In this document: positions 56,060 to 64,000 of the stretch, in pieces
Layout of the letters: each line of letters opens with the position of its first letter
How positions within the stretch are numbered: the stretch's first letter is position 1
Assembly: GCA_000708835.1 (NCBI GenBank)
Contig: DF237007.1
Coordinates: forward strand, 197,291 to 261,290
Source of the DNA: Klebsormidium nitens
Lineage: Eukaryota; Plantae; Klebsormidiophyceae
Reading direction: 5' to 3'
DNA length: 64,000 nt
Notes under the pieces: generated by a model
What the model saw: only the letters and a program-made list of their open reading frames with translations
What the model was told of the DNA's origin: nothing
Databases searched by the model: none
Translations under genes and position numbers: made by a program

Positions 56060-57116
56060 TCAATGTGGAGCCCACTGCGGTCCGACGACGTGGACCTCTC
56101 CTTCAGCGCCGTTGAGGATGTACTTGAGCTCGTTGAGGTGCTCATCTTCCTGAGCGAAGTCATCGTAGATGATGTGGTGCGTCCCCTCCTTCGAGTCGTA
56201 CGAGTGGACGACCCCAGAGAAGTAGAGGTCGGTCTTCACGTCTCGATGTGATCCCTTCACCCAGAGGACCTTGGAGAGAAAAACAGAAGTCAGGAAAAAC
56301 ACTTCGCTGTGCAAGTGAGGTGAAGCACGGCTTTCTGATCAACGTGGAAATCGAGATGCCAATCTTCCAGAAAGAGAGACGGATTCTTTCCCCATGTGAT
56401 CCACGATTTTTCTCATCCTTCAGCGGACCTATACGGTCTAGCATTCCTTCCTTCTATGTTTCACACTTGAAAAAAAGACGAAAAGCTCTCTCGTGGGTCT
56501 TTTGTCCCAATTCTTGGTGTCTTCTCTTACCCTTTTGCAGATAAGGGTTCAAAACAAGAGAACGAGACTGGGACCGACTGAACGACATTTTCGAGAAGCA
56601 ACACCCCATCAGTATTTCTTCAAGATTCCCCTCGTCTCTTACCGCAATCCGCTCCCCAACGTAGTCGCCGTCAACTTCGCTCGTGAGGGACTCCACCTCC
56701 CGCCTCGGAGTCTTGCTCACGTAGGACCCGCTCAGAATCATGCGCTTGCGCCGGTCCTGCCAGCCTTCCCGCTTCCGCTTCCGCTCCCCGTTTTCCCCTT
56801 GGGGCTCAGGCTTCGGTCTCGCAGGCTCCACCGTTTCCAAGTACTTCCTGTCCCCTTTAGGTCCATTAGTCGTCCAGCTCGCGGGCCCGTAGAAGAGCTT
56901 GTTCCTGGAGCCTCCGTGCTTTGCGAGCGGTCCCGAGACGGTCATCACGGAGTAGCGGTACTCCCGCAACACCACTGCAGTCTCGCACGATGTGATGGGG
57001 GGGGTCCAGAATTTGCCGTGCACGTCGCTCGACTTCTTAGTGCCCTCCTGCTGTGGAGCCAGAAGAGTGCGGAGGTTTAGCGCCTTAGTTGGGGGAAGTT
57101 GGGGGGGGCGGCGCAC
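56060..57116 (-). CDS. Tudor-like domain protein (3' exons)
   Basis: Splicing 56643 to 56269 gives YVGERIAVLWVKG...DLYFSGVVHSYDSKEGTHHIIYDDFAQEDEHLNELKY, which fits the Tudor consensus (VG.RI.V.W...Y.G.V..YD....H.I.YDD...E). Confidence 0.6.
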
Positions 57117-57549
57117 GACATGTGGTCCTTGAGTCTTGCGGAAACAGATTTGTCCTTTCTCTTTCCTTAACCTTAACCTTTCGTAAAATCAAGCAATACC
57201 TTCGCAAGGGAATCGAAGTAGAGCAGTAAGCAATAGTGGCTTTGATTGGTGTCAAAAGGAACCTCCTGAAGTCGAATGCAAATGACAATTCTACTCTGAG
57301 ACCGCCAGATTGACGAGAGAACCCGAATACTCCAGGGTGTCAACCAAAGCCTCTCATCATGGAACAAAACTTGCCTGGAGGTGAGACTTGGAGAGACACT
57401 CTGGAAAACTGCGAACAAGTAAGATGGTACTCAAGAGAGCGTCCCATTCGCCCTAGCTTGGATTCAACATCAAGGTGAGATATTGGAACCATCGCCTCAA
57501 CTGTCAAGGCTGTAACAAGCAACACAAGAAGATGCGCCGTCTTACTTAC

Positions 57550-59317
57550 CGGCCCAATCAGGTAGTGCCCTTTCTGCTGGTAGCAGACCATCATGTTGCA
57601 GCGCATGATCGCCATGGCCGCGTTGGAGCACACCATCGGGTCAAACCTGTTTGAAAGGGGGTTCCTAGCTTATTGTACCTTTTTGATTATCTGGATTGAA
57701 AGCTGCTTGTGATGATGTAATAGTTACAACCCTTTCACCAAGCAAGTATCACCTTTTCATGGTTTAAGACTCACTGTCCGAGCAAGCGTGGACTTTATGC
57801 AATCTCTGTCAAGGGCTCCCTCCCCTCTACCCATGGCATTTTTGAAATAAGACACCGCCTCACAAAACCTGAAGTCCATTCTGCTTTTCGAACTCTCCAG
57901 CAATGAGCAAGGGAGTTAAGCAGGCAAATCCTTCGTGGCAAATACTTTTCAAATGCCTTTCCAATTTGAAAAAACAAAAGCTTGCCCTCATACCCACCTG
58001 TCATTGAGACACGCGAAGTCCTTCGCGACCTTCACGACGATGTTGACAAGGTCTTTCGCCAGCTGGGGATTGCTCCGGAAGGCCGCAATAGGGACTCCAA
58101 CGTCTAGTCTGCATTTCAGGAAAATCTATTGAGAAGCTGCTTCAGAGGCTTCTCTGGAGGGCTGCCAATCCTCAAAGTTCTGAAATGGTAGCTAAGAATT
58201 GAGGAATGATTGCTGAGAAGTTGAAGTCAGGAAGGAAGCAAAGGGCTTTGATCCTTGTGAGAATCTGAAGGGTCTGGAGAATCATATTTATATTTAAGCA
58301 AAAGGCTCAAGCCCACGTAAAGATACCTGGCGAGCAAAGCTTGTCTGATCATTCAGACACGAGTGACCACCTGCGTGGTCTCACATTCCTCATCTACCTA
58401 AGGCCTGTCCACTGCCTTCAGGAAGGCTTGCGCATGTCTGCAAGCCTCTGGTTTGGTAAACAATCATGCAAAAGTCGCCACTCGATGAATTTATCGAGTG
58501 CAGATCTTGCTTACCCCAGCTCGTACCAGACGCAGCCCACAATCTCTGACCGTCCCGCAGTGCCAAAGGCCCAGAAACCGTTCCTGATGGCAAACAAGAT
58601 GATAAACTAAGGTTGCTTCGCCTGCTCCTCGTGCGATGCTGCAAAATGTATGCCGTCCCCCCCGAACAGCACCCCTGTCCCAAGGAGGCTCGCCAGAACT
58701 TCCTGCCGGAAGACGTCTGGCTCTTCAAACACGTCTGGTCCGCACTTGTAGACACGGCGGCGCCACTGTCTGGATCCCAGCACCTCGCCAGGTAGGAGAT
58801 CTCGCACCTCAGCAGAGATGGACGAGTAGTTGATCGCCTCCGAAGTCTCGCAGAGGACGAAGCTGCAGCCCTGCCTCTCCAGCGCCTGGTTTTCAAACTG
58901 AACGCAGGCCACCATCCTGCACTGATCTCCGCGGGGACCAAAGTGGGCACATGGGAATTTGTCTAGGTCAGCGTCTGGAACCCAAAATGCATACCCCCCA
59001 TTGCGGAACGAGAAGCGGATGGCAGTGATCTGCCTTGTTGATCGTGGGTCCTGTTCCGCGCTAGGTTCCAAAAGCAGCTCAAGAGAAGCGCCGTCCTGGA
59101 CGAATGTTTTGCACTTCAACATGGCGCCCTCCTCACTAAGGAGCTCCAACCGCTCTAAGCTTGCTTTTGCTTCTGCATGCTTGTTGGCGTGCTCCCCTCC
59201 CTCCACATTCTTGCGGATAACAAACTTAATTTTGCGGAGGAGAGTGCGACCGCCGAACCGCTTGAGGCCAGTATTTGCCTTCTGTTTAATGATATCTGTA
59301 ATAGTCCCCTCCGTCAT
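57550..59317 (-). CDS. Coding exons of unknown function, possibly the 5' part of the Tudor gene
   Basis: 236-aa ORF at 59317-58607 and phase-compatible small exons 58108-57998 and 57646-57550. Joins to the long ORF and to the Tudor exons are unresolved. Confidence 0.4.
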
Positions 59318-59730
59318 GACTCATGACGCTTGTCTCCTGGGTGACCGCAGCAAAAAGCGCCTCCAATGAGCGGTAAGAGCGGCTGCAGGTTTTTTCGAGT
59401 GGTGCTGCTTTTGGCCATGGACCCTTGAAAGCTCTGCTTTTGAAGGGCTTGACACGGCTTGTGAATCCTCCAGAGGTCCTCCAGAGTCCAATTCGTCACG
59501 CGGGAAGACTTTGAAGTTTGAAAGGGGGCAATTTAGGTAGTGCAAAGGTATAGCGGGTTTGCATTTCGGGGCAAACGCGGCAAATTTGAAATTGAAGCCG
59601 GGGTTCTGGCACGTGGTCACGGTGACGCGATGTACCATCGCGGCCGGGCACTGCAGCCGCATTATCATTTCGTCGACGTTCGTTCGACGAACGTCGCGCG
59701 ATCTGAGCTGAAAATTCGGGAATCAGTCTG

Positions 59731-60289
59731 AGGCCCTATTCTCATTAGCGGCGGACGGCACAACAATTTTTAATCTAAATCTTCTGATTGGCTCCGGCGA
59801 ATGTGGAAAACTTCTACCGCGCTTCCACTAGCAGTTGTGCCGGCGGAACTCGATAAAAAAATGCTTACGTCAGCGGCACAAAAATATTAAAAAGTTCGAC
59901 CCTTGTGCCCCCTCGGGTCGAACTCCTATTTTTCTGTGCCGGGCAACCACGTGGTTGAACTGGCCACTCACAGCCCGAGGTGCTAGATTCTGGCGCGCCA
60001 GGGCTGCAAGTTGCAACGTAGTGATGACTGTGCACAGGAGGCAAGCACAGCAGCTGTAGGATAGCCTGTAGGGTACCTAGCTGGTCTTTTGCCTGCTCGG
60101 GGTTTAGGGTTTTGCATGCCAGCGTGGCAATTCCCGATTTTGTACCAGGACTTGTGCCGTGGTGTGATTTCACTTGCGGCCGGCACAACTTCACAAGTTT
60201 TCGCTTTTTTGGGCACTTCCGGGCAAGTTCCGGGCAAAAAAGGATTTATTAATTGTTGTGCCGTCCGCCGCCAATGAGAACAGAGCCTG
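59731..60289. mobile_element. MITE-like element with 38-bp terminal inverted repeats
   Basis: AGGCCCTATTCTCATTAGCGGCGGACGGCACAACAATT versus the reverse complement of the right end, 3 mismatches. Internal (G/C)TTGTGCC/GGCACAAC motifs recur. No clear TSD. Confidence 0.75.
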
Positions 60290-62362
60290 ATTCAGGAAGT
60301 GTCAGACAGCGTGGATCACTGTCACGTTCCGGAGTTTGAGGCAGACCGTTACTTGTGCCACGTTTGCCATTCGACACCGTCGGATAGGCTGACACGTTCG
60401 ACCTGGCTGAGTCCCAACGGCTCTATAGAGCAATGGGTTCAAACTCAAAAGAGGCTGGAGTCTCGAGATTCCGATCAAGAATCATTAGAATGTGAGCCCG
60501 AGGTGCCTGGCGGATTCTACTCTAGGTAGTCCACGACCTTGAGACTTGTAAGACTCTATCTGCTAGTCTCAATCGACTTGCGTCTTGAGCAAAAAGAAGG
60601 GCAACAATTTCGAGAGACCACAATTGTTCCGAAGCAGAATCAGGTTCTCCATCAAATGAGAATTTTCAATAGGTACTCCTCCTTAGAGGAGTCACAAAGC
60701 CACTTCTCCAACCACTGGAGATGACCATGAGCGCACACGTCTATACTTGGGAGCGCGGCTGCCTATGCCGGACTCAGGTCAGCGCTGGTCACAGGGGCTT
60801 GGAGCTCAAACCCCAACGGAGCTCCTCATTTCACCAAGGGCCCAATCAGCTTTTCCAGCACCACTCCGTCCCGGGACAGACGTGCCCCTGAGGCCTATCC
60901 TGCACCTGATCAGGCCAATGGAGGACGTGCAAGGGGCCAGACAAGCTGTGGAGGATCCTGAAGACAGCGGACCGGAAGGACGGGATGGGGGGACTACTTA
61001 CCAGCTTTTATCTCAAAAAAATTCTCTACTCACCATTCCCACTTATGCTACAGGTTGGAGAGCCTTTGCTCAGATCAAGCTTCACTTCCACACTATCTGC
61101 TGGTTTACTCCCTAGAATCAATTGTCTTTGTCTTCTCAATCTATCAGGAATGCGCACGAAGCGAAGGTATCTCCAAAGGATCGCAACGACACGAGACTAG
61201 TCGGAATGGTGATGGGCTCAATGCTCGAGGACTTCGGGGACTTGATTTCTTTTGCAATCTTGACTCAATGTTGCTGCTCCATCCTAAAGGCTCGTAAGAT
61301 TTACTAAAGGTCAAGCTTTTCCATACTCTCTACCTCCTCCAAATCCATTTTCTTTGCTTCCTGATTTTCAATCCATCATGAAAGATACCCTTTGGAGTGT
61401 ATTCAAGGGAGCAAAGTGAAGGGGACATGGTGGGCTGGCCAATCAAGCACATTCTACATGAACACCTCTCAACATTTCTCCTTTACTCGAGAGGTTGGAG
61501 ACCTCACACAAGCACAAGTCGTGCTTTAATATCATGAAAGCGCAAGAGGCAAGGATAATTAAGAGTAACCTCAAGACACTAATTGTGATTGGCACGCCCC
61601 TCTACCAATTCTCCTTGGATTTTTGGCTCACTTAAGAGGCTCATCGATTCTACATTATTGTGGTAATTGGAGACGGTTACTCAAGTGATCCAACACTAGT
61701 CGCATGAGCCATAGAAGGAAAGTTTAAAAGGGCATTCAAGAGGAGACAATGTGGAGCCCATTTGGAGAGTCTTATGACTTGAGTCATTGTCCACTTCTAA
61801 TTAGCACATCTCATGACCCTCGGAGATTTGTATTGCTCATGATTTCCTAAGTTAGTGAACAAGGCTAATTCGCGAGCTAGGGCACATTCAACTCTCCAAG
61901 AAATCGATCTTCTCTCTTTTAGATGTGAGCTAGGCTTGACTGGCAAGGGGACTCAAAACATATAGTGTCTTTTCAAGTTCACCATTGGCAAACCACTTTT
62001 TAAGCTAAGGGCAAATGACCATTTCAATCATAAAAGCTCGTACGCCTCCCCCCAAATACAAAACCCAATTCGAATTCTCCCTAACCCTCTTTCTAAACCT
62101 CACTTTGAGGAGGGGCACACGTTTAACCTCTCTTTTCCTTGAGTGGGAGGATATTCGTACATTAACTCAAATTCCTTCTCTTTCTCGAGTGTTGTTGTAA
62201 TTGGGCTTAATTGGCTCATCATTGGGTTGTCACGAGAGATTGAGCTCCACAAATAAGCATGATCGAAGTTAAAGATGCCATGCAATAGCATAAATGACTT
62301 GAAAAGGTGTGGCGCGAGCGTTGGTATGGTCGGAGAAAGTTGCGTTAAATGAAGGTGATTTG

Positions 62363-63611
62363 CTACATGGGACAGTTACGGTGGTTTTTCGCCCGGCGGA
62401 AATCTGCCGCAGACCAATTTATTTCGGGCGCGCGACGTAGCATATCCGTACGGTATCGCAAATTTTCGCCGGCGAAACACAAGGGATGTGTAGGACCTCG
62501 ATGGGTACTTCCGAGGATATTCCTCCGGAAAATTGCACATTTGCCCCCAATTTTTTCCAATTTGTTGCATTTTGGCCTTAAAAAAGGCCTTTACATATGG
62601 CTATAAAACTGCACATTTAAGAGACATGTCTGTGGGAAACTCATGCAGTGGGCCCATGATGATGTTGACAACACATGCAGAAGCTTTGTAAAGCATTCTC
62701 CTAAGCTTTTGCTGTGAAGTTGGAGCCATTTCTACTTCATGGTGGCTTGATGCTCAACCACCATTCTTCCTGAATTTCGTGGGAAGATGATCGATTGACA
62801 CTGCAGTTCCATTCCCATGGATGGGGGGACATTCCACTAGGCCAGAGGGGGGGTCCCAAGCGGGTATGCATCGCAGGCCTTGTACCCATGGTACATTTGT
62901 CCCGGGACGGTGACTGAGTCGGTCCGTATAGTAAATGAACGCCCCGTGATTCGTGACGGGTTACAACATGTACCGGTACTCCGCTCTATACGTGCCTATG
63001 GGTACCGTACCGAAGTCCACGCTGGGTACCAACACGTAGCAAAGTAGGAACCTAGTAGCTAGTGCCTAGGCTAGGTACCTACCTACTGCCTACTAGGTAC
63101 CCGGGTAGGTAGGTAGCTAAGGTCCCAGGTACCGTACCTACTAGGTAGGTAGTAGGGACTGCTCAAGCCGGGCCGCCGAGGTCCCGGTACCTACCTTTTA
63201 ACTAATATATTGGGTACCGTAGGTTTACCCAGTACAGGGACTACTCATGCAGCCTTGGGGCGGTGTCGTTCGAGTGAATTGCCACGAACTGTTTTCGAAA
63301 AGTGGGGTGTTTGTCGTACTTCGGTAACCCTACGGGTATTCTTGCTTGAAGATTACAAGGCCGGAAGCTTTTGACACTCGGTTCGAAGCACTTTCCCTAC
63401 GGAGTGCAGATCCCAGAGCCGGAGCTGAATCGGCCGATATTTGCCCCGATTTTCCGGCGATTTTGCGCGCCACATTAAAATTTGGGGCGCAGTGCCGGCG
63501 GTGACACCGTGCACGGCCGAGTTTAATTTCGCGCGATATGTCCACGGTTTCTGCCGGGATTGTGCCGCGATTTCCCGCCGGGCGAAAAACCACCATAGCT
63601 GCCCCGTGTAG
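62363..63611. mobile_element. Non-autonomous DNA transposon with ~43-bp TIRs (CTACA...TGTAG ends)
   Basis: CTACATGGGACAGTTACGGTGGTTTTTCGCCCGGCGGAAATC versus the reverse complement of the right end: 4 transitions and 1 indel. No coding capacity. GTAC-rich centre. Confidence 0.75.
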
Positions 63612-63717
63612 AGCACTCATCCAACTAGGCTCCTCCAAAGGCCGGTCGCGAATGAGATCGAGACACCATCTCAAGGAGGGGGCCTAATGCCCATTGATCG
63701 ACGAAAACGCATGAGTA

Positions 63718-64000
63718 GAAGATCGTCCGAAGACAGCTTTCCGTACGCCTTTTGCACATTTTCAGTTTAAGGTCCTGATTGAAGGCCTGACAAATGCTCC
63801 GGCGACGTTTCAGACCGTAATGAACTCAATCTTCGCGCCTTATCTGAAGAGGTTTGTCGTTGTGTACTTAGACGACATTCTCATCTTTTCGAAGTCTGAG
63901 GAAGAACACCAAGCGCATGTGCGCCTAGTTCTGGACGTTTTGCGTCGCGAGCAGTTTTACTCGACAAAAGTGAAGTCCAAGTTTGCTCAGACTGAGATCC
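63718..64000 (+). mobile_element. Ty3/gypsy LTR retrotransposon reverse transcriptase fragment, 5'-truncated, runs off the window
   Basis: EDRPKTAFRTPFAHFQFKVLIEGLTNAPATFQTVMNSIFAPYLKRFVVVYLDDILIFSKSEEEHQAHVRLVLDVLR, including the YLDD catalytic motif. It is absent from the ORF track because it has no upstream start. Confidence 0.93.

Noticed and set aside
57550-57646. DPMVCSNAAMAIMRCNM resembles a Helitron Rep segment
   Set aside because: The diagnostic D and the downstream Y...Y..K are missing, and no HUH or Pif1 motifs are nearby.
59674-59706. 10-bp-stem hairpin followed by CTGA as a Helitron 3' end
   Set aside because: Not followed by the expected T, and no matching 5' TC end or Helitron coding sequence was found.
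60300-62300. Decayed LINE or other retroelement in the AT-richer stretch
   Set aside because: Only fragmentary resemblances (VKLDLSK, LISPRAQSAF) on inconsistent strands. A profile search would be needed.

Overview
Eukaryotic, intron-rich genomic DNA with GT-AG introns and a nuclear HEMC gene carrying a plastid-type N-terminal extension. The style suggests a green or streptophyte alga such as Klebsormidium (inference only). No rRNA, tRNA or CRISPR was seen. The backbone is an old inverted segmental duplication. The left arm (<1-14.56 kb) holds an apparently intact ZRANB3-like SNF2 helicase gene (-) and a divergent 282-aa unknown gene (+). The right arm (37.28-53.1 kb) holds an intact paralog of the unknown gene, a ZRANB3-like pseudogene that supplies the HNH exons, and a directly abutting HEMC fragment. 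The spacer between the arms contains a coiled-coil/PD-(D/E)XK-like gene, the intact 5-exon HEMC gene, a 121-bp tandem array, a 7-exon KDZ-type transposase with an internal chromodomain, and a convergent spliced DUF3987-like gene. The last two each carry one in-frame TAG. The right end contains a Tudor-domain gene, two non-autonomous TIR elements and a Ty3/gypsy RT fragment. Two signals stand out: (1) the chromodomain-KDZ plus DUF3987-like module; (2) repeated decayed copies of exon edges, with splice sites, inside introns at a recurring spacing of about 140-160 bp. All domain calls come from motif recognition by eye, not database searches.
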